Shown piece by piece: positions 51,845 to 64,000 of a DNA stretch of 64,000 bases. The stretch lies in the NCBI RefSeq assembly GCF_009914755.1, contig NC_060930.1, one strand, 5' to 3'. A program made the translations under genes and the position numbers. Position 1 is the stretch's first letter; each line of letters starts with the position of its first letter. The notes under the pieces were generated by a model that worked only from the letters and a program-made list of their open reading frames with translations, had not been told where the DNA came from and made no database searches. The DNA is from the human T2T-CHM13v2.0 reference genome, Homo sapiens.

Positions 51845-54800
51845 GTATTCTTTAGAAATTACACTAAGGTTACCTAGCTTCCCCAAAGCCTTAAGGCAGA
51901 AAGTACGTCTGTTTTATGCTATTGCTAATAAGCATATAAGATATTAAATTTTGTTTCAGTGATACTAATATCACCTCATAATGGCCTACTTTATAATGGC
52001 CTGCTTTGCCCATTGTCTTTCTTCTTTGGCACAAGTATATTTGAGTATAAGCAATATAGGTCGTACCTGAGCTCATTAGATATTACTCATTTATTCATTT
52101 ATATATTTAATAGTTATTGCATGAAGTAGCACATATGTCCATGGGAGGTGTGTAACAGATTATTTGAGGTCAGAAAAAGCTTCTCTAAGGAAATGGAATT
52201 TAAACTGAGATCTAGAGGATTCATGTTTATTTATTTATTCATCAGTGCAGCCTATGTAGATATTTAATAAGGAAGCATCCTCATAGACTTGTCAAAACAT
52301 TGGGTAGCTTCTTCGTTACTAACTCTTTGCAGATCTGAGATTCCTTGAAGAGTTGCTGTGGAACATGTCTTACTCCACCGGATAATTTGGTGGAATTTTT
52401 AAGAGCCAGTAGGAGAGTCCCACCATGACAACTTTCCTGTCTTGTCTTGAAGAATATCTACTGAGCCTTTAAAGAGTTAGGATATCCACAGAAACTGTAG
52501 CTGTGGATTTAATCCAACAAAGTTTAATTACAAAAGTTCATGGAAATATCTATGCATGCAATGCTTAACTTTGTTGAACCTAGGTATCTTGGATTCTAAA
52601 GTTAGTTTTCAAGGGCTTTGCTTTGAATGGAATCAAATTGCCACTTATAAAAGAATTCTAATAATTTACATGTATTGGTATTTAGCAGTTCATTCCATTT
52701 GATACCTGACATAATCGATGTTTTAGACACTTGGCACCCCCTGAAACTATATTTTCTCCTTATCAACCTGCCTGTGCCTCGCAAACTCCCCTCCTGCCCG
52801 CAAAAACCTTTTTTCTTTGTTTTCTTCTTACTTGCCTGTGGGGTTTATACGTGGCCAACAAATAATACAGTATTAGGGATTGCTGAGTGAATATGGTTAT
52901 TGTATATCATGTCCAATTATGTGAGAAGCTTATCTAGATTTATTCTATATAAGTTTGGTTGCTCAGCCATCTGTGATCTCAATACTTTATTCATTTCACT
53001 AATACAGTATTTATTATGTTCGATTGATCCGTTTATATGTCTGTCTCTTCCACCCAGCTATGTGCTTCTTGGGCACAAAGACCAAATCTTACTAATACTT
53101 TTTAGCGTCAGTTCCTTAAAAGAATGCTCAACATAGAGATACTCAATAAATGTTGGTTGAATTTTTATAGAGGTAGGCTATAAATATTTGCATAATGAAC
53201 ACAGAAAGGAAGCCTAGAACTTGGGCTCCAAATCTGACTGTTATTAAACAAAAAAATTATATGGCACTCCAGATCTACTTTGGCAAAAGACACATAGAAA
53301 ATATGGTAAATGGTTTTGCCTCTTGGGGTGTTTTTTGAAAGCTTTTAGTTTTAAAAATCCCTCTTCATGTACATTCTTCTCAGTGGAAGAAGTTAATGAC
53401 TAGCTCAGTGGTGTCATCTTTGCTGCGTCAGAATATTCTGGGACCTTTTAAACAGATGCCTACACCTTATTATCTCCAGAGATTCTTCTAGGGCATCTGT
53501 ACTTTTGGGAAAGATCCCTAGGTGGATAGGAAAATGGACTAGAACTAGAAGACTTTATCATCTCTAGATCTCTTCTAAAAATTATCTCATGAGTCTGACA
53601 CTTTCAAGTCCTATACAGAATGGTAGTCGGGCCAGTAATATGCCCTTCAAGCTTAATATCTGGCCTCCAGGTTGTCAGAATATTATAATGCATTGTAAAA
53701 TGAATCTTGAGCATCTGTTTATGTATTTCCCTGAGCAGGTCAAGTGGGATCAAATGAGTTATTTAGCTGTGTCTTTATGGTACTTTCAAGATTAGTGTTT
53801 TCTCTGCCTTTCAGTACTGGCTTTTTGATGGCTGATAAGCTTAAGCCTGGAGTTAAGGTCTGTAGTTATGATCTTTTTTGTGTGATGGGCTCAGCTTTTT
53901 GCTTGGTCTCTGAGGCAATGTAAAAATAAAGTTTGGAATCTATTGCTTGAACAGCTGTGTAGTATTGGGCTATATTTGGTATGGTGCTATTCCATAAATG
54001 GGCTTTAGAGAGTGCTGAGATCCTTTAAGAGCATATAGCTGGGGAATAGAGAGGAATCACAGTTCTCTTTAATTATAGAGAGTGAGATTCTACTTCTCAG
54101 TAGCATTAAAGGACTCATTCAATCTATTTCAAAATACAGTACTCAGCTGTTATAATTCAGTTCTTTCATTAGAAGTATTTTAAGTACCTTATTTATAATT
54201 ATTCTAATGTTGGACAATCCATTCTTTATGGGTTTTTAGAGTTGGCCAGTTTGCATAAATTTGAATACTTAGTATTATAATTTTTAAAAATGCTGTCTGT
54301 ATTATTTAAGACAAAAGCTGTTTAAATCTCTGTATTTTGCCTTTCCATGGGGAAGCCTCCCCACCCCTCCACCCAGAAATTGGCTTCTCCAACTTTATTT
54401 TTATCCAGAGCCACTATTTATAGCTAAATAAAGGTCCTAATAGGAAACATCTGGAATGTGGGTGGACAATTATAACAGTTTTCATAATTCTTACTACATT
54501 AAGAATGTTAAAGTATATTGCCATTTTAATGCCTTGTTAAGACTAAAATATGATTAATTCCATGCTGTCCATTATTTGTTGTCAGAACATATTTATAAAC
54601 ATTTTGACAGTTTGATAGAGGTATTCCCCCAATAAAGACTAAAAGAGAGGAAAAGCAATTAAAACCTTAATCATATATAACCATTTTGGGATTTAAAAAT
54701 CATATTGTCTTAAGGGAATAATTCTATTTAAATGCTTAGGGGCTTTGTAGAAAATTCAATAAAGATAAATATTTAGCTTTTTGTTGTATGAAATATTCAA

Positions 54801-55441
54801 AGCATTTGAGTGAAATTAGTCCACAAGAGATAGTAATAAAACAGAGAGTAATCAAACTGTCTGTGAATCAGAATACTTGTGGTTGTTTTGCAATTGTTTT
54901 TTATACAACTTAACTGTTTAAATTTTTCTTCATATATCATGCGTTGGGAGTTGCCCCGAGGACATTTGGCTGGGGGATTCATCTACAAGTTGTGTGACCT
55001 TAAGATCAAAATTATAAAGAAAGAAAGGGATGAAGAATGGACCAGGATAAAGGAGGATTAATTAAGAGAAAAAAATTGTGGACAAACTGTTTCCTAATTG
55101 GCTTTTTAAAGGGAAAAAGAGAAGGGACAAAATAGGATAAGTAGAAAGGGGAGAGGTATCAACAATAAGTAAATCTCTGCTTTGTGTTCTATAAATGTGT
55201 TATCCCTTACACTTGTATTACTTGATGTGTCTAGACTGGAACTGATTGATCAGTGGCTTGATTCCTCAGAAAATAACACACTTATCCTCCTTGCTTCCCT
55301 GCTTTCTTCATTCCATCCTCTCTACCCCAGTTACATTGTGTAATATAATTTTCATAGAGCTCAGACCCTCTATAATATAGCTAAATTTATAACACAGTTG
55401 AAATAGTTAAAAGAGAAAATAAGAATTAGAGGAAAAGATCT

Positions 55442-55824
55442 GGCTGGGCACAGTGTCTCATGCCTGTAATCCCAGCACTTTGGGAGGCCAAGGTGGGAGG
55501 ATCACTTCAGGCCAGGAGTTTGAGACCAGCCTGGGCAACATTGAGAGACCCTGTCTCTACAAAAAATAAAAATATTAGCTGGGCATGGTGGCATGTGCCT
55601 ATAGGCCCACCTGCTCAAAATGAAGGGAGTAGGGGCGTAACCTTCTAATGCATTTGGTCTTTAACATTTTTTAGCTGTTGAGCTTAAAGAAAAGGATTTT
55701 TTTTCCCTAAAGGGAAAAAAGCTACTTGGAGCTGGGCATGGTGGCGTGCTCCTGTAGTTTGAGCGACAGCAGGAGAATTGATTGAGCCTGGGAAATACAG
55801 CAAGATGCCCATCTCAAAAAAAAA
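55442..55824 (+). mobile_element. Alu fragments (about 55442-55610 and 55729-55824)
   Basis: Sense Alu pieces. Confidence 0.8.
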
Positions 55825-56045
55825 AGAGAATGCTACTTGGTGATATTAAGGGCTTTTTTTTGGTCATAACTTATTTACTTTTAGGTTATTATATCTTTTA
55901 TAAGAGAGGTTTTAAACAATTATAATTAGCATCATCCAGTTGATGCTATGTCATAATTTTCATTGTTTTGTCCTAATTTTGATCACTAGCCCAAAGGATA
56001 AGTATCTGAAATAATAACCTAAGAATTCATATTCTGATGATGCAG

Positions 56046-56196
56046 GACTCAAAACAGGCACAATTAATTGTGGAACAAAAAGTTCATTCCGAAGAGGAGG
56101 CCACACGTGGGTGTCTGGGAAACCAATTTTATGTCCTATAATGCACTGTAACAAGGAGTTTGACAATGGGCACCTTCTCTTAGGACATTTGAAAAG
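56046..56196 (+). CDS. ZNF451: ZNF451 coding exon 6 (GLKTGTINCG...CPIMHCNKEFDNGHLLLGHLK-R), first C2H2-type zinc finger
   Basis: TGCAG| acceptor, AG|GTAAGT donor, 151 nt; CPIMHC-x12-H pattern. Confidence 0.94.
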
Positions 56197-56670
56197 GTAA
56201 GTAGGATATTCATAATAGTGAATGCTGAAGATCTAGTGAGCTACCAAGTGATTTCATAAAATGAAAGCGTAATGCTCCTTTGCCATTATGATTATATAGC
56301 TTTATATTCCAAACTCAAATTATTTTGTGCCATTATGATATAATTTTTTCATAATTGATGAAGTCAGATTTTTCTAGTGGGTGTAGCTTTCAGCTTTATG
56401 GGTATAGCTTTTAAATATTTATTTTTCCCTGATACAGCTTATAAAGTTCTAAACAGACTTTCTCCATCAAAATCCAGATAGGTTAGTTTTAGAGAAATCC
56501 AGCCCATAAATGTAAATTTCAAGAGACAAGGAGCGTGTACAGACATTTGGTCTAGCCTGAAGAAAGGTAATAGGCATTACAAAATAAATGTTAAAAGCAA
56601 ACTGATGTAAGCAAAATTAATAATAAAAATTCTATTTATTGAAACCCATTTTATCAATTTACTGAGTTTG

Positions 56671-56979
56671 GTGGTTTTTGTTTGTTTGTTTGTTTGTTTG
56701 TTTTTTTGAGACAGGATCTCACTCTGTCGCCCAGGATGGAGTGCAGTGCAGCTTCCACCTCCTGGGCTCAAGGGATCCTCCCATCCTCCCATCTCAGCCT
56801 CCTGAGTGTCTGGGACTACAGGTTGTGCGCCACCACACCCAGCTAATTTTTGTATTTTTTGCAGAGACGTGGCTCTGCCATGTTGCCCAAGCTGGTCTTG
56901 AACTCCTGAGCTCAAGCATTCTGCCCACCTCAGCCTACCAAAGTGCTGGGATTACAGGCGTGAGCCACCGCGCTCGGCC
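56671..56979 (-). mobile_element. Alu (AluJ-like)
   Basis: Antisense Alu with (GTTT)n tail. Confidence 0.9.
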
Positions 56980-57747
56980 AGTTTACTGAATTTTTGAATA
57001 GTGGAGCTTGAGAAAGGTATCAAGGGAAGGTTGTATTAAACATTCGACTCCCCATAGCCTCCCTTTCTAATAGCTGAAGAATGGGAAATTGAGAGTTTGG
57101 GGCTCTAAGCCATTGTCTTTTCCATATGTCTCACCCTACTTATGCCTTACCTTATCAAGAGAAGCTTCTAGAGGGAGTTGTAGCATTCTATAAAAAACCA
57201 GGTAAAGTCAAAGCTGGACCTGGGGTCGGGGAGGGAACAAAATTTGATAGCATACTATACCTTAGCTAAAGTGCTCCAGGCAGTTTAAAATAATGCAGAT
57301 TTATTAAATGGTAAAAATGAACATTAAAAGCCATTATGGGAAACAAGTGTACTAGAAATCTTAGCATGAGATTATTATTGCAGTGATGTATTTAAAGTTA
57401 GTTGTGAGTCTTATGGTAACCAAGGCAAGAAGTAAAAGATGCTGGACTTACAATTTTCAAACGAGAAGTTTACCAGTTTGGTAAGAAATGTCTAAATCTA
57501 TTTTACCGGATATTTAGTACATATGAAATCTTGCACTAACTGTTGGTCACTATCTGAGGGAATTGCTGAGCATATGGGAACCACTTGATATTTACTGTAT
57601 ATGAAGAACATTACTTAATATTTCAGTAGAAAAGTGCAAAGTTCTGAATGTGTGTGTATGTGTTTAGCTTCACAAATGAAGCGACATAGTTGTTTCCCTA
57701 GAATGTAGATTTATCTAATATTACCTCTTACCTCTTTTGCTGAGTAG

Positions 57748-57874
57748 GTTCGATCACTCTCCATGTGATCCAACAATTACACTACATGGACCTTTCTTCA
57801 GCTCCTTTGCTTGTGTAGTATGTTATAAAAAATTTGTTACTCAACAACAATATAGAGATCACCTTTTTGATAAG
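57748..57874 (+). CDS. ZNF451: ZNF451 coding exon 7 (FDHSPCDPTITLHGPFFSSFACVVCYKKFVTQQQYRDHLFDK); gene continues beyond the window
   Basis: GAGTAG| acceptor, AAG|GTAAGA donor, 127 nt; CVVC-x12-H finger. Confidence 0.94.
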
Positions 57875-60384
57875 GTAAGAGCATGTCCTAAATTAAAAGT
57901 ATTATTTTTCTAGATAGCCATGGAGTTAAGTGGAGGTTTTTTCCTGCTGTTCTTAAGCTTGCAATTACCAGTGATACACATAAGTATCAAAACTGTAATT
58001 GTCAATTGAAAATAAAATGATTTGGGCCATTTAGTTATTATAGGCAGGTAAACTTGATACCTTACAGTCAGCAGTCCTAGAGATTATCATCAAAATCCTT
58101 TCATGGAGTTGCTCTATGAAATTAAATTACCTTGTTCAAGATGCTCTGAGTGAGTCACTTGATGAGAACCAGAACCCTGTTCTTAAGTCCACTGTCTTAC
58201 ACTGCTTGTTGAAATGTTGGCGCCATATAGTAAATGACAAGTTATTAATGCTAGTTTTTGAGGAATATAACTAGTATTTAAAAAGCTATGTCATATAATT
58301 CTAAGTAAGTGTTAAATCTTAAGAGACATGAGTTGATTCATGGATATGCACATCCATGTAATACAGAACTCTAATGGGTTTTTACCATATTTGATAGTAG
58401 ATAACTTTAATGACTTACTAACATTGCAGAAGTAATGTATGTTCATTATGAAAAATTTTTAAAATATTAACAAAAAGACAAGAAGTCATCCTTAATCTCA
58501 CAGAGATAAGGACTGGGATTAAGATTTTGATATATGTGTTTTTAGTATTACTCCATATATAGATAAATGTTTTTACATAAGATAAGATATCTAAATTGTT
58601 CTGTGATTTAAAGCAGTGTGTTGCAAACATAAAAGCTTAAATATTCATCGAATCAATGCATACATTTCTACATTTTAAATCATTGAATTGTTTTCTTCTG
58701 TATGAATATAGTATTAATTTAATAAATTTCCCATTGGATGTATTGTTTGTTTTCTATTATTAAAAACTATGCCATATTAAATATTCTGTTAACTAAAAAC
58801 CTTTGAGAATATCCATATTTGGATATTTGAGTAAATATCAAATTGGATTTACCGAATAAATATTAGATTTTGAAATAGTAAAACATTTATTTAGTTAATG
58901 TTTTCAGAATTTGCTTCTATCTAGAGCTATACCTGGAAAGTAACATGGAGAATAGCTTGGATTCTGTGTAGGTTCACAGCAGAGAATTAAAGCTTGCATT
59001 CTAAGTATATCTAATTGAATTCTGCAGTCCTCCCCATCTCTGTCCTGGCACTAGAGAACATTCCCAGAACAGATGTGCATCTTGAAGCAGATTTTATTTT
59101 ACACTGACTCATTAGTTTTTGGAGAGCCTGCGTCTTGTTCAACATTGACTAGGCACTGTAGTAGGGTAGTCTTGGGGATTCCTAACAAAAATAAATAGTA
59201 ACATGATCATAAAGACACAGGATTTTAAGCTTGATATTGGCAAGAAGAAACTATTATAGAACAGTGACATGATGAAAATAACACATTATTCTTTTAAAGT
59301 TAGAAGGACTTCTAATTCTATAGCCCAATTCCTTCCTTTTTTTTAGAGACCCTGAAGAGACTGAGTGGCATTAGAATGGCAGTATTGTTCAGAATGGATT
59401 CAAAGATGTGGACAAAGAGACCAGTTTAGATGACTTTTACAGTAATTTAGCTCTGAGATGAGAGAATTGTTTGACTTAGGTAATGGCATTCAGAATGAAG
59501 ACCTTAAAGTGAAACCAAAAGACATATTGAAGAAAGAAATGATAGGGTTATCCATTTCCATGACAAATGGAAGATTTGGGGAAGGAAGGGAAAAAGGGTG
59601 AAAGAGAACTGCATTCCGTACTTTAGGGTTTGCAGTAGGTTACTGATGTTCTGCATTTTCCAGAATTAGAGTTCTTTCAGGACATGTTTCCCTATTCATA
59701 TACTGAGTGTTTTCTCTACTATAATGAGTATATATGTCTGTTTTCTTTAGTAAATTTGAGTAGGTAGTTTAAAATGAATTTTTTCACTTATTTTTTTCCC
59801 CAAATTTCATTAATTTGTTTTTTCTTTTTTCTCGGAATCACACATTCCATGCTGTTTTGCACTCCTTTTTGCCGTCTCTCTAGGAAGTAGATTTATGACC
59901 TTCAGCGTTCTGAAAAGCAGTATGGTAACATAGAAAGGGCAAAGGCTTTGGTATCAGACAGACCTGGGTTCCACTGTTACTATTATTTGCTTCATATTCT
60001 TAACAGGTTACTGAATCTGTGAGTTTAGTTTCTTCATCCCTAAAATGGTATCGTTATGCTTATGTACGAGATTGTTAAGAGAAAATGTAATACTCTATTT
60101 CAGGCCTGACCTGTAACCTTCAATGATTGCTTATTCCTTGACATTTGTGTCACCACAAGGACTCTAAAGAAAACTAGTATGCATGGGGGGTTGTAATTGC
60201 CTCTTTTAAATCAACAAGAAGAGGTCACTAGAAGATTGTATAAGCCTCGCTGTTTTTTATAGGTATGAATTCTGTTTTGTAAAGAGGCAGTCCCCAATGG
60301 AAAAAAGTCAAATTATTCACAATTTGCATTGTTTTCCTTGCTCCCCTCCCCCATTTTCTTTCATCTTCAATTTCTTCACTCTAG

Positions 60385-60550
60385 ACTAGGCCTTCTCAAA
60401 CTTAAATGTACACACATATCACTTGGAAATTTTGTTAAAATGCAGATTCTGACTCAAGATGTCTCAGGTGGAGCCTTAGATTCATATTTCTAACAAGCTT
60501 TTAGGTGATGCCATTGCTGTCGTTCCTTGAGTCATACTTTGAGTAGCAAG
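60385..60550. mobile_element. MER5A-like hAT MITE
   Basis: TTCTCAAACTT...TTGTTAAAATGCAGATTCTGACTCA...CATACTTTGAGTAGCA. Confidence 0.72.
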
Positions 60551-60759
60551 TTTCTAGTGGCTTTTGACACCTAAACCCATCCAATGGCTATTACATCACC
60601 AGATAGCACCCTGCTTTTCTCCCTGTTGTGTGATAGTGGTGGTCGATATACTGTGAGCTCCTTTGTACCTCAGTGTCATTTGTGAGTCTGTTGAAGCTAC
60701 CACTGGTTATTCTGTTTCTAGGGCTACTGTATCATCTAAGGTGACTTTTCTCCTTGCCT

Positions 60760-61566
<807 letters not shown>

Positions 61567-61703
61567 TACTTTTTTTATTGTACAAATTTGTATGGTGTCT
61601 TTTAATGTAACCAGAAATATGGTAAAAAGGAATTGAGCACTTTAACTTATCAGATATCTTATTTCCCATTCCTTTTCCCAGTTTGTAGAATGTATTTGCA
61701 GCT

Positions 61704-61708
<5 letters not shown>

Positions 61709-61790
<82 letters not shown>
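61709..61790. repeat. Compound microsatellite (AT)n(GT)n(AT)n
   Basis: Visible directly; abuts the poly-T of an antisense Alu monomer (about 61795-61907). Confidence 0.97.
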
Positions 61791-61791
<1 letters not shown>

Positions 61792-62763
61792 AAATTTTTT
61801 TTTTTTTTTTTGAGAGAGAGGTGGTCTCAAATTCCTGGGCAAAGCAGTCCTCCCACCTCAGCCTCCTTAAGTGCTGGGATTACAGGTGTGAGCCACTGCT
61901 CCTGGCCAAGTATGCCATATTTTTGTAATAAGTATATTCTAATAAAATTTTATGTAGAATCACATTTTGGTTCTGTTGAGCAAATCATTTAAACAACTTT
62001 ATGTGAGTTCATTTATAACTCACAATTAAACTAAAAATGATTTAATGAGTTTAGGGTTCTTCAAGTAGGAGAAATATGTATAAATTGGTGGTTACTAAAT
62101 GCCTTTATTGCTCTTATCATTTAGAATCTTCAAATTGGAATGAAAATGTCCTCCTCGGTGTTATTTCTTCTGTGTGGCACTCATCAAATTAAAACAGGAG
62201 GGGAGTGTGGTGGGGAGGGAGTAGTGAAAGCAGCATATAATTCATAACCAAGATTGGAAAGCTGGGTTTAAATGGAAGTTTGTCTTTTCTATGGAGGGGT
62301 ACAACTTGGGAGGAGGGGTAAGTTGGTTGACTTATCAGAACTTCAATTTTCTCATTTCTAAACAATGAAAATGGTACCTCATGGGATTATTATGAGGATT
62401 AAGTAGGTAAACATATTTAGAACCTCAGTGTGGTTCCTGACATGTGCTCGGTATAAATAAAAATTTTTTATCTCTCTTCTGGTTGCATCTCATAAGCACT
62501 ACACAAACTATACTGATGGTTCTAGTGTTAATGATAGTAAATATGAGGCACAATACAATGTTTGAGGCTATTACTCTAAAGACCATTAACAAGAAGTTAA
62601 ATTATATTTATAACAAGCACACACAAATATACATACACTTATAAATACACACTTTTTAAAATTTCCTATTTTAAGGTAGAGGAGGCTCTTAACAAGGTTT
62701 AGAAACTTAGATGCTAGAAAAGACATACTTATTTGACTGTGTCAAATTTAAAAAGTGACCATA

Positions 62764-63039
62764 GGCCGAGCACAGTGGCTTATGCCTGTAATCTCAGCAC
62801 TTTGGGAGGCCAAGGCAAGAGAATTGCTAGAGTCCAGGAGTTAGAGACGAGCTTGGGCAACATGGAAAGACCTTGCCTTTACAAAAAATAAAAAAATTAG
62901 CCGGGTGTATTGGTGTATGCCTGTGGTCCCAGCTACTTGGGAGGCTGGGATAGGAGGATTGCTTGAGCCCAGGATGTCAAGGGTACTAGTGGGCCAGCCT
63001 GGGTGACAGAGTGAGCTCGTGTCTCAAAAATAAATAAAG

Positions 63040-63040
<1 letters not shown>
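62764..63040 (+). mobile_element. Alu (AluJ-like)
   Basis: Sense Alu dimer. Confidence 0.9.
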
Positions 63041-63780
<740 letters not shown>

Positions 63781-64000
63781 TTTAGGGATTTCCTTTAGGT
63801 ACTATGGAATGAGAAAACTAATAGGCAGAAGAGCCTATAAAATAATATTTGATAAAACAATGACATTCCCCCTTATTTCTATGTGTCTTTGTAACTGAGT
63901 AAGCATGGATAAATTTGTGGAAGAATAATAATGCAGGGTAGAGTGAATAAAGCAAAACATTAGGAAAAGTGTATGTGGTGTGATCACATTTATGCATTTA

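Overview
Primate (very likely human) genomic DNA, rich in Alu and L1, containing the CpG-island promoter and first seven coding exons of ZNF451 (SUMO2/3 E3 ligase, ZATT) on the + strand. It also holds the large alternative terminal exon (23605-25098) encoding the LAP2alpha domain, known to derive from the gag ORF of a DIRS1-like retrotransposon. Spliced to exons 1-3 this gives a 559-aa product. Hand translation downstream of that exon shows frameshifted, stop-riddled but colinear remnants of the rest of a DIRS1-like element: reverse transcriptase, RNase H, the pol C-terminus and tyrosine recombinase (about 25.2-30.8 kb). This suggests a nearly complete fossil YR retrotransposon underlies the short isoform's terminal exon and probable 3' UTR. 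Upstream of the promoter is a decayed endogenous retrovirus env (immunosuppressive domain and cysteine motif) followed by a PPT and a candidate LTR. Several template-switch scars are also visible: two fold-back inversions and a local templated insertion. Repeat boundaries and subfamilies are read by eye and are approximate.
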